From NCBI GenBank assembly GCA_963757755.1, contig CAVWTK010000003.1, positions 295,825-359,824 on the forward strand: DNA of 64,000 bases, written 5' to 3'. The position numbers were made by a program, and so were the translations under genes. The stretch is from an uncultured bacterium. GTDB taxonomy: Bacteria; Desulfobacterota; Binatia; HRBIN30; CADEER01. The stretch's first letter is position 1. Every line of letters starts with the position of its first letter. Of this stretch, positions 37,261-47,520 are shown piece after piece. The notes beneath the pieces were generated by a model. The model was not told the origin of the DNA, did no database searches, and saw only the letters and a program-made list of their open reading frames with translations.

Positions 37261-38046
37261 ATGACTGCCTCCCCAACGAATGCTGCCATCATCACGTGTC
37301 TGCTGGTCGTGACGTCGGGATGCGCGTCCCTGCAGAGCGCTGGGCGCAAGGCGCTCGGAATCGGCGACAAACAGATGCGCGAGGCGGAGCGCCTGCAGCG
37401 CGCGGAACGGGCCGGGCGGTTGAGCGAGGAGCAGGTCGATCGCCGGCTGACCTTCCTCACCGAGCGGCTGGACGAGCGCCGGCTACACGCGGCGGCGTGG
37501 AAATACGGATGGCTGACGGTCACCAGCGCCGGCGGCATCGCCTCGGCGACGCGGGCGGGCTTCGAGGACGGCACGAAGCGCGTCAACGGCATCAGTCAGG
37601 CCGGCAAGGCCCTGATCGGCGTGACCTATCTGCTGTTCAATCCGATGCCGGGCGTCAGCGGCGCCGATCCGGTGCGCGAGATGCCGGACGCCACACGCGC
37701 GGATCGGGTGGCGCAGTTGGTGGCAGCCGAGGACCTGCTGGCCCGAGAGGCGGAGCGGGCGCACGACCGAAGCTCGTGGCTCCTCTATTTCGGCGTCGTG
37801 TTCATCAACGCCGCGGCCGCGGCGCCGGTCCTGGCGTGCGGCGACGAAGGGCTCGCGGCTCAGTCGTTCGGCATCGGTACGGCCGTCGGCGCGCTGCAGG
37901 TCCTGTCTCAACCGTGGAACGGGCCGGCCGACTGGGAGGAATATCAGCGTTTCGTCGATACCGATGGCGCGGTGCCGAGCGAACCGACGACGCAGTGGCA
38001 CATCGCTCCGCACGACCTCGGCCTCGCCATCACGGCGCGATTCTGA
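37261..38046 (+). CDS. hypothetical lipoprotein/membrane protein
   Basis: The N-terminus MTASPTNAAIITCLLVVTSGC has a lipobox, and there is a later hydrophobic segment (WLLYFGVVFINAAAAAPVLA). No family is recognised. Confidence 0.5.
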   Translation: MTASPTNAAIITCLLVVTSGCASLQSAGRKALGIGDKQMREAERLQRAERAGRLSEEQVDRRLTFLTERLDERRLHAAAWKYGWLTVTSAGGIASATRAGFEDGTKRVNGISQAGKALIGVTYLLFNPMPGVSGADPVREMPDATRADRVAQLVAAEDLLAREAERAHDRSSWLLYFGVVFINAAAAAPVLACGDEGLAAQSFGIGTAVGALQVLSQPWNGPADWEEYQRFVDTDGAVPSEPTTQWHIAPHDLGLAITARF

Positions 38047-38273
38047 CTCGCGTCGGCCGCAGGGTCACTCGCAACCGACCGACGCGGTCGCAGCCAGGCG
38101 GGGGGTCGGCGCTTCGTGAACATCGCGAGCACGCGATCGCATGAGGTCGCCTTCACGCACTTCATCGCGTGCGCGTCGTCGTGGCGAGGTGATGAGAACC
38201 GTTAGCAGAGGTGATGACGGCGGATGCGTCCCGACTTGCGAACGGCGGGTGTGAGGAGGAGCATCCGCAGCCG

Positions 38274-39782
38274 ATGAATCCGCTTCGGGAAGGACTGCAG
38301 CGGCAGCGTGTCTCCGAGCCCTGCGTCATGGTGATCTTCGGCGCGTCGGGCGATCTCGCGCAGCGCAAGCTCGTCCCGGCCATCTACAGCCTCGCGCATG
38401 AAGGCTCCCTGCCGCCGTACTTCGCCCTCGTCGCCGTGGCCGTCAGCGATTTCACGACGGAGTCGTTCCGCGAGCACATGCGGGACGCGGTGGAGCAGTT
38501 CGGCCGCCAGCGGCCGATCAGCCAGGCCGTGTGGAACTCGCTCGCGCAGAACATCCACTACATCCAGGGCGATTTCGAGCAGGCCGACACGTTCCGCCGG
38601 CTGAACGAGCTGCTCGACCGCCTCGACCGCGAGCACGGCACGCAGGGCAACCGACTGTTCTACCTCTCGACAGCGCCGAGCCTCGTCGAAACGATCTCGA
38701 CGCAATTGCGCGAGCACGGCCTGACCGCCAATCGCGGCTGGCGCCGGCTGGTCGTCGAGAAGCCGTTCGGCCGCGATCTCGCCTCGGCGCGCAAGCTCAA
38801 TCTGCAGTTGCAGTCGGTGCTGAACGAATCGGAGATCTACCGCATCGATCACTACCTCGGCAAAGAAACCGTCCAGAACATCCTGGTCCTGCGCTTCGCC
38901 AACGGCATCTACGAGCCGATCTGGCGCAACCAGTTCATCGATCACGTCCAGATCACCGTGGCCGAGACGCTCGGCGTGGGTACGCGCGCCGGCTATTACG
39001 AAGAGGCCGGCGCCGCGCGCGACATGATGCAGAACCACATGATGCAGCTCCTCGCGCTGGTGGCGATGGAGACGCCGATCAGCCTCAACGCCGAGCAGAT
39101 CCGCAACGAGAAGGTCAAGGTGCTGCAGGCGCTGCGGCCCATTCGCGAGCACGACGTCAAGAGCGCCACGGTACGGGCCCAGTACGCGCGCGGCTACGCC
39201 GACGGCCTGCCGGTGAAGGGCTACCGCGAAGAGGAGCACGTCTCGGCGCAGTCGGGCACCGAGACCTTCGCCTGCGTCAAGCTGGCCATCGACAGCTGGC
39301 GGTGGGCGGGCGTGCCGTTCTATCTGCGGCACGGCAAGCGGCTGGCGAAGAAGGGCACCGAGATCTCGGTCTACTTCAAGAAGTCGCCCGATATCCTCTT
39401 CAACGCCGCCGACAGCGACACGCCGGTCGACCACAACGTGCTCACCATCCGCGTGCAGCCGGACGAGGGCGTCTCGTTGCGCATGGAAGCCAAGGTGCCG
39501 GGGCAACTGTTGCAGATTCAGTCGGTGAAGATGGACTTCCATTTCGGCGGCGACTCGCCGGAGGCGTACGAGCGACTGTTGCTCGATACGATGATCGGCG
39601 ACGCGACGCTGTTCATCCGCCACGACGAGGCCGAGCATTCGTGGATGTTCTTCGATCCGATTCTGAACGCCTGGCAGGACGAGAACGCCCGCTTCGTGCC
39701 GCAGTACCCGGCCGGCACGTGGGGCCCCAAGGAAGCGGAGCTGCTCCTCGCGAAGGACGGTCGGCAGTGGCGGCGGTTGTAG
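38274..39782 (+). CDS. zwf: glucose-6-phosphate 1-dehydrogenase
   Basis: The motifs are VIFGASGDLAQRKL and RIDHYLGKETVQNILVLRFAN. The gene is intact. The start is taken at MNPLRE (GAGGAGGAG upstream). Confidence 0.9.
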   Translation: MNPLREGLQRQRVSEPCVMVIFGASGDLAQRKLVPAIYSLAHEGSLPPYFALVAVAVSDFTTESFREHMRDAVEQFGRQRPISQAVWNSLAQNIHYIQGDFEQADTFRRLNELLDRLDREHGTQGNRLFYLSTAPSLVETISTQLREHGLTANRGWRRLVVEKPFGRDLASARKLNLQLQSVLNESEIYRIDHYLGKETVQNILVLRFANGIYEPIWRNQFIDHVQITVAETLGVGTRAGYYEEAGAARDMMQNHMMQLLALVAMETPISLNAEQIRNEKVKVLQALRPIREHDVKSATVRAQYARGYADGLPVKGYREEEHVSAQSGTETFACVKLAIDSWRWAGVPFYLRHGKRLAKKGTEISVYFKKSPDILFNAADSDTPVDHNVLTIRVQPDEGVSLRMEAKVPGQLLQIQSVKMDFHFGGDSPEAYERLLLDTMIGDATLFIRHDEAEHSWMFFDPILNAWQDENARFVPQYPAGTWGPKEAELLLAKDGRQWRRL

Positions 39783-39859
39783 GCGTGGGTGGGCCGACGC
39801 GCCGCCGGCCACGGGTCTCCCGTTCGGCGGCGTCTGCGCGCGTGAGTCGGAGGTAGGAG

Positions 39860-40951
39860 ATGACCCAGGATGCTGCCACGCCCGCTTCGCTCACGGCCAC
39901 CCAGATCGCACAGGGCCATAGCGCCATCTCGCACCCGTGCCTGTCGAATCTGGTCATCTACACGGAAGACAAGGGTGACGAGGCGCTGATTTCCGAGACG
40001 ATCGCGGAGTATGTCGTGAAGCACCCCTGCCGCGTCATCCTCGCGGTGGCGCAGCCGCGCAACGGACAGGCGGGGCTGGAGTCCGCCGTCTCGGCGCACA
40101 CCTACAGCGACGGTGCCGGCAAGAGCGTCACGTGCGAGCAGTTCACGCTGAACGCCAGCGGCGCGGCCGTGAAGGAGCTGGCGAGCGCGGTGCAGCCCCT
40201 GCTCGTCGCCGACCTGCCGACCTCCATCTGGTGGCGCGGGATCTTCCTCACGCAGCGTCTCCTGGTCGAGCAGTTCTTCACGTTCGCCGATCGCTTCATC
40301 TACGACGGCGTCGGATGGACCAATCTCCACTTCACGGTGCTGCAGGTCGCCGACTTCATCTCCAAGTACGGCGACACCGTCGCCTTCACCAACTTCAACT
40401 GGTCGCGCCTGCGCCCGTGGCGCGAGAGCGTCGCCGACTTCTTCGACGCCGGCATGTACGAGAAGGAGGTGTGGGATCTCCGCCAGGTCCGCGTCGACTT
40501 CATGTCGCTGCCCGGCAGCGAAGAGGGCTACCAGTTTCGCGCGCTGCTGATCGTCGCGTGGCTCGCCGTGCAATTGGAGTGGGAGCCCGTCACCGGACGT
40601 CCCGGGCTCGAGCAGGCGTGCATCGAATTCCGCGACAAGCAGGGAGCCCCGGTACACGCCGAGCTCGCGCTGCTGCCGCAGTCCGGCCCGACGAGCCAGG
40701 GGGTGCAGGGGGTCGCGCTGACCGCCGGGAGCGGTGACCGCACCCATGAGTTCATCGTCGAGCGCGACCATGGCGAGCATCTGATGATTCTGCGCCACAA
40801 GGACCACACCAGCGAGAGCGTGTTGCGCACGGTGCCGCACGCCGACTCGTCAACCGCCGACCTGCTCTACCGCGAGCTGGGCCGCCGCGTGCGCAACCGG
40901 GTGTTCGAGAAATCGTTCAAGATGGCGTCCCGGCTGGTGGACATGATCTGA
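39860..40951 (+). CDS. opcA: OpcA-like glucose-6-phosphate dehydrogenase assembly protein
   Basis: It lies immediately downstream of zwf and is 363 aa. The segments NLVIYTED and PTSIWWRG resemble OpcA proteins. The call is partly positional. Confidence 0.65.
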   Translation: MTQDAATPASLTATQIAQGHSAISHPCLSNLVIYTEDKGDEALISETIAEYVVKHPCRVILAVAQPRNGQAGLESAVSAHTYSDGAGKSVTCEQFTLNASGAAVKELASAVQPLLVADLPTSIWWRGIFLTQRLLVEQFFTFADRFIYDGVGWTNLHFTVLQVADFISKYGDTVAFTNFNWSRLRPWRESVADFFDAGMYEKEVWDLRQVRVDFMSLPGSEEGYQFRALLIVAWLAVQLEWEPVTGRPGLEQACIEFRDKQGAPVHAELALLPQSGPTSQGVQGVALTAGSGDRTHEFIVERDHGEHLMILRHKDHTSESVLRTVPHADSSTADLLYRELGRRVRNRVFEKSFKMASRLVDMI

Positions 40952-41002
40952 GCGGTGCCGGGCCGCTCGTTCGACACGGATCGATCCGTTGACGGCCAGA
41001 TC

Positions 41003-42640
41003 TCAGGCGCCGCCGGCGGCGATCGACTTCGCCCAGCGGTAGTCGGGCTTGCCGCTGGCGGAGCGGACGATCTGCTCGACCGGGATGATCGCCTTGGGCA
41101 GCTTGTAGCGCGCGAGGTGTTTCGCCGCTTCCTCGATCAGCTCGGTGTCGGCGGCGCGTTGGCCCGGGCGGAACTGGACGATGGCGGTCACCTGCTCGCC
41201 CCAGCGCTCGCTCGGCGCGCCGGCGACGACGACGTCGTAGACCGCCGGGTGGTGCTTGAGCGCCTTCTCGACCTCTTCGGCGAAGATCTTCTCGCCGCCG
41301 CTGTTGATGCAGACGGAGTCGCGGCCGAAGACGACGATCGTGCCGTCGGCCGACACCTGGGCGCGGTCGCCGGGCACGGCGTAGCGCGTACCGCCGACGG
41401 TCGGATACGTCTTCCGCGTCTTGGCGGCGTCGTTGAAGTAGCCGAGCGGGAGCCACCCCGTGCGGGCGAGCCAGCCGACGGCGTTCTCGCCGGCGGCGAG
41501 CGTGCGCGTCAGCCCTTCGTCGAGCACGCAGGTGTCGGGATCCATCTTGAACGACGGCGCGATCGCGTCGCCCTTGGTGGTCAACGTCGCGCCCTGCGCG
41601 CCGGTCTCCGACGAGCCGAAGCCGTCGAAGATCATCAGGTTCGGCAGGTGTTCGAGGAACGCGTGCTTGAACGGCGGCGAGAGGATGGCGCCGCCGGAAC
41701 CGAGAATGGAGAGGGACGACAGGTCGTAGGTGGCCTTGCCGAGCTGGTCGAGCAGCGGCCGGGCGAAGGCGTCGCCGACGATCGACAGGGTGCCGACCTT
41801 CTCGCGCTCGACGGTGCGCCAGATGTCGTCGGGGTCGAGGGCGCGGGTGTTGTGCGGCAGGATGATCGAGCCGCCCTGGTGCAGGATCATGAACGACGAC
41901 CACTGTGCCGCGCCGTGCATGAACGGCGGCGCCGGCAGCGAGCGGATGTACGATCCCATCGGCGCGCGTTCGACCATTTCGGCCACGCTCTGCACGGTGC
42001 CCATGCCAGCGGGCAGTTGTCCGCCCATGGCGGCGAAGAAGATGTCGTGCTGGCGCCACAGCACGCCCTTGGGCATGCCGGTCGTGCCGCCGGTGTACAG
42101 GATGTAGAGGTCGTCCTCGGTCGGCGTCACCGGCGGCAATGTGTCGCTCGATGCCTCCAGCGCCTCTTCGTAGTCGCGCGCGCCGGCCAGCAGCGGTTCG
42201 CCGCTGCCGTCGTCGACCTGCAGCAGGATCGCCATCGGCGGCAGTTCCTTCAGCACCGTCGCGAGCCGCGGCGCGAAGCTGGCGTGATAGATGATCCCCC
42301 TGGTCTTCGCGTCGGCGAGCAGGTAGCGCAGCTCCTCCTCGACGTAGCGGTAGTTGACGTTGAACGGCGCGACGCGCGCCTTGTAGCAGCCGATCATCGA
42401 CTCCAGGTACTCGTGCCCGTTGTAGAGGTACTGGGCGACGTGATCCTGCCCGGACTCCCACGGCTCGAGCTGCGCCCGCTCGCGGTGACAGCCGAGGCCC
42501 GCCCGGTTGAGTAGATTGGCGAGCTGCCGCGAGCGCCGCTGGAAGTCACGCCACGTCAGGCGGCGCGTGGCGGAGATGATCGCTTCGTGGTCGGGGATCG
42601 CTTCGGCGATCGCGTCGTTGATGGGACCCAGTGCGAACAT
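41003..42640 (-). CDS. acyl-CoA synthetase (AMP-forming, ANL superfamily)
   Basis: An intact 545-aa ORF. The AMP-binding motif is ILYTGGTTGMPKGV. Other motifs are GSSETG, YAVPGDRA and INSGGEKI. Confidence 0.85.
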   Translation of the reverse strand: MFALGPINDAIAEAIPDHEAIISATRRLTWRDFQRRSRQLANLLNRAGLGCHRERAQLEPWESGQDHVAQYLYNGHEYLESMIGCYKARVAPFNVNYRYVEEELRYLLADAKTRGIIYHASFAPRLATVLKELPPMAILLQVDDGSGEPLLAGARDYEEALEASSDTLPPVTPTEDDLYILYTGGTTGMPKGVLWRQHDIFFAAMGGQLPAGMGTVQSVAEMVERAPMGSYIRSLPAPPFMHGAAQWSSFMILHQGGSIILPHNTRALDPDDIWRTVEREKVGTLSIVGDAFARPLLDQLGKATYDLSSLSILGSGGAILSPPFKHAFLEHLPNLMIFDGFGSSETGAQGATLTTKGDAIAPSFKMDPDTCVLDEGLTRTLAAGENAVGWLARTGWLPLGYFNDAAKTRKTYPTVGGTRYAVPGDRAQVSADGTIVVFGRDSVCINSGGEKIFAEEVEKALKHHPAVYDVVVAGAPSERWGEQVTAIVQFRPGQRAADTELIEEAAKHLARYKLPKAIIPVEQIVRSASGKPDYRWAKSIAAGGA

Positions 42641-42677
42641 TATTCACCACGGAGGCGCACAGGGGCGCACGGAGGGC
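42641..42677. repeat. REP-like half element related to family C
   Basis: tattcaccacggaggcgcacaggggcgcacggagggc fills the whole 37-bp gap between two same-strand genes. Confidence 0.55.
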
Positions 42678-43295
42678 TCACTGCCATGCCGAAATGACGT
42701 CGTCCACGTCGGCGATGGTTGCGAGCAGGCGAAGAGTATTGGCGAACACCGCTTCGACGTAGTCATCGGGCGTGCCGGTCACGGCCTGCCTGGGGATGAC
42801 GACCTGGTAGCCGGCGTTGACGGCTTCGATGGTCATGCCGGTGATGCCGATGTTGACCGACACACCGGTCGCGATCACGGTCTTGACGCCGAGGTTGCGC
42901 AGCAGCTGATCGAGCTCGCCGGCATGGAAGGGGGTGATGCCGTGAAAGCGGTTCACCAGCCAGTCGCCGTCGTGGGGCGCCAGCGCGTCGACAACCGCGT
43001 GCCGCTTGGATCCGAGCAGCAGCGGCTCGCCCTTGCGCCCCAAGGCCAACAGCAGACAGTTGGCCGTACCGCCGGCGGAATCGGGTCGACGCGCGACGGT
43101 CAGGTAGAACACCGGCACCTTCGCCACGCGTGCCGCGTCGAGCACGCGCGCGATCTGCGCGATGGTCCCGTGCCGCGCCACGGCCTCGCCCAGCGCCCCC
43201 AGCGCGGCGCTGCCGCCGACGATGCCTTCCTGGCACTCCATCACCAGCACCGCGGTGTGCGCGGGGGTGAGGAGCTCTGGGAGACTGACCGGCAT
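42678..43295 (-). CDS. isochorismatase-family (cysteine hydrolase fold) protein
   Basis: An intact 205-aa ORF with TAVLVMECQEGIV and KTVIATGVSVNIGI..AVNAGYQVV. Its start abuts the stop of the upstream amidohydrolase, suggesting an operon. Confidence 0.75.
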   Translation of the reverse strand: MPVSLPELLTPAHTAVLVMECQEGIVGGSAALGALGEAVARHGTIAQIARVLDAARVAKVPVFYLTVARRPDSAGGTANCLLLALGRKGEPLLLGSKRHAVVDALAPHDGDWLVNRFHGITPFHAGELDQLLRNLGVKTVIATGVSVNIGITGMTIEAVNAGYQVVIPRQAVTGTPDDYVEAVFANTLRLLATIADVDDVISAWQ

Positions 43296-44374
43296 TCAGT
43301 TTCCAACGAGCGGATACAGCTCCCGTGCGTTCTCGAACAGGATGCGCTTCTTGGTCGCGTCGCTGACGTCGGTGCGCTCGGCGATGAGCTTCACCGTGTC
43401 GGGGAAGGCGCAATCCCAGTGGTAGTAGTCGGAGGCGTAGACGATGCGGCGGTCGCCCATGAGCTCGACGACCTGCTTGAGCGTGTGTTCGTCGGGCTCG
43501 CAGGAGATGTAGCAGTGGCCGTCCATGAAGTACTCGCTCGGCTTGCGGTCGATCGCCGGCGCCTGCTCGGACATCAGCTCGTAGTGCTCGTCGAGCCGCT
43601 CGAGCCAGAACGGCAGCCAGCCGCAGCCCGGACTCCATGAAGCCGACGCGCAGCTTGGGGAAGCGGTGGATGACGCCGCCGATCATCATCGACATCAGCG
43701 CCAGCATGTTGCCCATCGGGTGCGTCATCGCGTGCACCTCGAGGCGGGTGTTGTAGCGGTCGACGCCGATCGGGAACTGGTCCGGCGCCTGGCCGCCGCC
43801 GTGGATGCACACGGTCGCGCCGAGCTTCTCGGCCTCGGCCCAGACGACGTCGAAGCTCGGGTCGCTCAGGTTCTTCTCGCGGACGTGCTGCGGGCACACC
43901 ATGCCGACCAGGCCGAGCTCGGTGACGGCGCGGCGCAGCTCGGCGGCGGCCGCCGGCGGATCGATCATCGGCAGCTTCGCCAGCGCCTTGAGACGCTTCG
44001 GCTCGTGCGCGGCGAACGTCGTGCTTGGCGTTGTTCATCGTCCGGCAGAGCGCGATGGCGAAGTCGCGGTCGAGCATCGCCCACTCCTCCCCGGCGCCGC
44101 CGGGGAAGTTGACCGTCACGTCGATCCCCTCGAGGTCCATGTCCTTCAGCCGCTCGGCCGGATCGGTCATGCCCGGCCGCATGTCGAATTTGTCGCCGGG
44201 CCGCTTCGTCCCGCCGCCCGGCAGCACCAGCTTCGAGTAGTGCTTGGCGACGCGATCGCGGTACTCGGCCAACCGCGGCTGCCACTCCGCGGGCACGTTC
44301 TTGCGCCAGTCCTCGAACTCGCCGCCGTGCCCGTCGGCGTCAATCACCTGGTAACCAAAGCGACCCATCGTCAT
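43296..44374 (-). pseudogene. amidohydrolase_2 family protein, 2 frame changes
   Basis: MTMGRFGYQVIDADGHGG is in the 43574..44524 frame, VCIHGG..HAMTHPMGNM..RFPKLRVGFMESG is in the 42763..43968 frame, and YASDYYHWDC is in ORF 43296..43574. The junctions are at about 44017 and in a CCC/GGG run at about 43630. Confidence 0.75.
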
Positions 44375-44390
44375 ACCTCCCGAAAAATCA

Positions 44391-44472
44391 GATCCACCGA
44401 TGGACACCGATGGCCACAGATGAACACCGATGCGTCTCGTGTCCATCTGTGGCCATCGGTGTCCATCAGTGG
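44391..44472. repeat. REP-like hairpin, family B (GATGGMCAC units)
   Basis: gatccaccgatggacaccgatggccacagatgaacaccgatg..gtgtccatctgtggccatcggtgtccatcagtgg. Confidence 0.85.
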
Positions 44473-44474
44473 TT

Positions 44475-45549
44475 TCAAGCCATTGAGAATACGCCGCGCG
44501 CGAGTTGCCCGGCGCGCAGGTCATCGAGCGCGTGATCGAAGTCGTCGAGCGCGTAGTGGCGGGTGATGAGCTCGTCGATCTTGAGGCGGCCGCTCAGGTA
44601 GAGGTCGGCGAGCATCGGGAAGTCGCGCTGCGGGCGCGCGGCGCCGTAGCGGCAGCCGAGGATCGACTTGTTCTGGTAGAGCGCGTGGACGACGAACTCG
44701 TAGGCGGTGCCGACCTTGGGGACGCCGACAATGGTCATCGAGCCGCCCGCCCCGATGCGACTCGAGGGCCTGCTTGATGACGGCGATGTTGCCGACGCAC
44801 TCGAAGCTGTAGTCGGCGCCGCCGCCGGTCAGGTCCTTCACCGCGGCCACCGGGTCGGTCGCCGACGCATCGATCACGTGCGTGGCGCCGAAGTGCTGCG
44901 CCCACTCGAGCTTCTGCGCCATGACGTCGACGGCGATGATCTTGGACGCGCCGCTGAGCACGCCGCCCTGCACGCAGTTGAGGCCGATGCCGCCGACGCC
45001 GAACACCACCATCGTCGCGCCGGTCTCGACCTGCGCGCGGTTCACCACCGCGCCGAAGCCGGTCATGACGCCGCAGCCGATCAGCGCGGCGCGATCGAAC
45101 GGCACCCGCGGATCGATGATGATCGCGCCCTGCTCGCGGACGACGGTGTACTCGGCGAACACCGATGCGTTGGCGAACTGGAAGGCGGGCACGCCCTTGA
45201 TCGTGAACGGCTTGGCGTCCTTCGGGCTCGGCGCGTTCCGGCACTCGGTCGGATGGCCGGCATCGCACTTGGCGCAGCGACCGCAGTGCGACAGCGTCGA
45301 CACGATGACCGTGTCGCCCTCCTTCACCGAGCGGACGCCGACGCCGACCGCGTCGATGATGCCGGCGCCCTCGTGGCCGAGCACCACCGGCACGGGGTAG
45401 GGGATCGTGCCGTCGATGACGCTCAGATCCGAATGGCAGAGCCCCGCCGCCATGATCTTGATGCGCACCTCGCCGGGACCGGGATCGCGCACCTCGACCT
45501 GCTCGATCGCGATGGGCTTGCTGCTGGAGTAGAAAACCGCTGCCTTCAT
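44475..45549 (-). CDS. zinc-dependent alcohol dehydrogenase (MDR family), one apparent frameshift
   Basis: The motifs are MKAAVF, CHSDLSV, GHEGAGIIDAVG, CGRCAKCDAGHPTEC and VFGVGGIGL. The C-terminal 87 aa are in ORF 44475..44738. The junction is at about 44758. Confidence 0.85.
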
Positions 45550-45568
45550 GCCGCACCCCACCCCTGTT

Positions 45569-45709
45569 GTTCACCACGGAGGCACGGAGGCACGGAGAGA
45601 GCCTGCCAAGATCGACCAAACTGAATGGGCATAGAGGGTTTCTTAGGGTAGCCGGCGCGGAATCGCCAACTGACCGTCTCCGTGTCTCCGTGCCTCCGTG
45701 GTGAAGATC
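45569..45709. repeat. REP-like hairpin, family C, with 73-nt AT-richer loop
   Basis: The left arm gttcaccacggaggcacggaggcacggagaga is at 45569-45600. The right arm ccgtctccgtgtctccgtgcctccgtggtgaagatc is at 45674-45709. Confidence 0.85.
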
Positions 45710-45713
45710 TGTT

Positions 45714-47423
45714 TCATGCTTTTGGATTGCCCACACGCAGCACACGGCCGGGGAGGGCGTCGGTCAGGGCGCCGCGTTCGACGATGACCTCGCCGTTGAC
45801 GAGCACGCGCTCGATGCCCTCGGGTTTCACCTGCCAGCGCGGCTCGCCGCCGGGCAGGTCGGCGACCAGCTGCTTGGTGCCGAGGCGCAGGCGGTCGGGA
45901 TCGAAGAGCACGAGGTCGGCGGCGTAGCCGCGCGCGATGAGGCCGCGGTTCTTGATGCCGCAGATGACGGCGGGCAGGTGGGTGATGCGGCGGATCCCTT
46001 CCTCCAGCGTCGTGGTGGCGCGTTCGAGCAGCCAGGAGCGGATGTAGTACGTCGACCACTCGGCGCCGTCGTCGCGGTCGGCGTGGGCGCCGCCGTCGCC
46101 GGTGCCGATGATCATGTGCGGGTTGCGCTGCGCGTCGGCGTTGGCGGCGGCCCAGTCGGCGTTCTCGCTGTTCCAGAGGAACTGCGTCTCGAGACCGTCG
46201 GCGACCGCGAGGTCGGCCATGATGTCGGCGGCGTGGACGCGGCGCGCGGCGGCGAGCTGGACGAGATTCCTGCCGACGGCGCCGGGATCGCTGCGGCTGA
46301 CGTCGACGAAGACCGTGGCGAGCGGTGGCGGCGGCAGGGTGGATCCCCTGCCGCCGTCGGTATTGGGATGGTCGAACGCGTCGCGCAGCGCCTGCCGCCG
46401 CTGCGGATCGCGCAGTCGCGCCAGACGCTCGGCGGGCGGCAGCGACGTGAGGTCGCGCCACTCGAAGACGCCGTCGTACAGGCTGGTGCCGCGCTGCCAG
46501 TTGAACGGCCGCATGAACGGCTGCGTGCGCAGCACCGAGAAGATCGCCGCGCCCTTGCGGCGCGCGTCGTCGAGGAAGGCGACGGATTCCGCCCACTGCG
46601 CGGGATTGCCGACGCGCTTGGTGATGCCCTGCACGACGATCGGCAGGCCGCTGCGCGTCGCCAGCTCGATCAGGCGGGCGCGATCCTCCTCGTCGAGACC
46701 GCGCGCGGCGGTGCCGGGGAGGAAGCAGATGCTGCCGGCGCCGCCCTCGCCGGTGGCCTCGATCAGGGTGCGTACTTCCTCGTAGGCGGCGCGGCGCGAC
46801 GGCACCGGCTGGTCGAACTGATCCACGTGCGTCGGCGACAGCGACGTCGAAAAGCCGGCCGCGCCGGCGTGCATCGCCTCGCGCACGAGCGTTTGCATGC
46901 GCGCCAGCTCGTCGGCGGTCGCGGCGCGCTCCGACGCGGCCTCGCCCATGACGTAGCGGCGCAACGCCGAGTGGCCGAGGTAGCAGGCCATGTTGATGCC
47001 GATGCGCCGGTCGAGCGCGTCGAGGAACGACGGGAAGCTCTCCCAGTCCCAGGGCAGCCCCTGCTCGAGGACGCTCGGCGTCATCCCCTCGACCTTCGCG
47101 AACAGCGCCGTGAGGTAGGGATGATCCTCGGGCCGGCAGGGCGCGATCGAGTAGCCGCAGTTGCCGGCGACGACCGACGTCACGCCGTGAAAGCAGGACG
47201 ACGTCGCGAACGGCTCGAACGACAGCTGCGGATCGTAGTGCGTGTGCGCGTCGACGATCCCCGGAATCACCATCAACCCGTCGGCGTCGATGACCCGCGT
47301 GGCGCCGTCGAGATGCCCGACGTCGGTGACGACGCCGTCCCGGATGCCGACGTCGGCAATACGCATCGGCAGCCCCGAGCCGTCGATGACCCGCCCGCCC
47401 TTGATGATTGTATCGAAGCCCAT
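45714..47423 (-). CDS. N-acyl-D-amino-acid deacylase (D-aminoacylase) family amidohydrolase
   Basis: It is intact. The start is taken at MGFDTIIKGGRVIDGSG. The metal-binding motif is PGIVDAHTHYD. Confidence 0.8.
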   Translation of the reverse strand: MGFDTIIKGGRVIDGSGLPMRIADVGIRDGVVTDVGHLDGATRVIDADGLMVIPGIVDAHTHYDPQLSFEPFATSSCFHGVTSVVAGNCGYSIAPCRPEDHPYLTALFAKVEGMTPSVLEQGLPWDWESFPSFLDALDRRIGINMACYLGHSALRRYVMGEAASERAATADELARMQTLVREAMHAGAAGFSTSLSPTHVDQFDQPVPSRRAAYEEVRTLIEATGEGGAGSICFLPGTAARGLDEEDRARLIELATRSGLPIVVQGITKRVGNPAQWAESVAFLDDARRKGAAIFSVLRTQPFMRPFNWQRGTSLYDGVFEWRDLTSLPPAERLARLRDPQRRQALRDAFDHPNTDGGRGSTLPPPPLATVFVDVSRSDPGAVGRNLVQLAAARRVHAADIMADLAVADGLETQFLWNSENADWAAANADAQRNPHMIIGTGDGGAHADRDDGAEWSTYYIRSWLLERATTTLEEGIRRITHLPAVICGIKNRGLIARGYAADLVLFDPDRLRLGTKQLVADLPGGEPRWQVKPEGIERVLVNGEVIVERGALTDALPGRVLRVGNPKA

Positions 47424-47438
47424 AGAAGAAACCCTGAA

Positions 47439-47512
47439 TCTCACCACGGAGGCACGGAGGCACGGAGACGATCCGACTGTCTCCGTGCCTCCGTGCCTCC
47501 GTGGTGAAGATC
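47439..47512. repeat. REP-like hairpin, family C
   Basis: tctcaccacggaggcacggaggcacggagac gatccgac tgtctccgtgcctccgtgcctccgtggtgaagatc, a near-perfect 31-bp stem. Confidence 0.9.
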
Positions 47513-47520
47513 TTTTTTCT

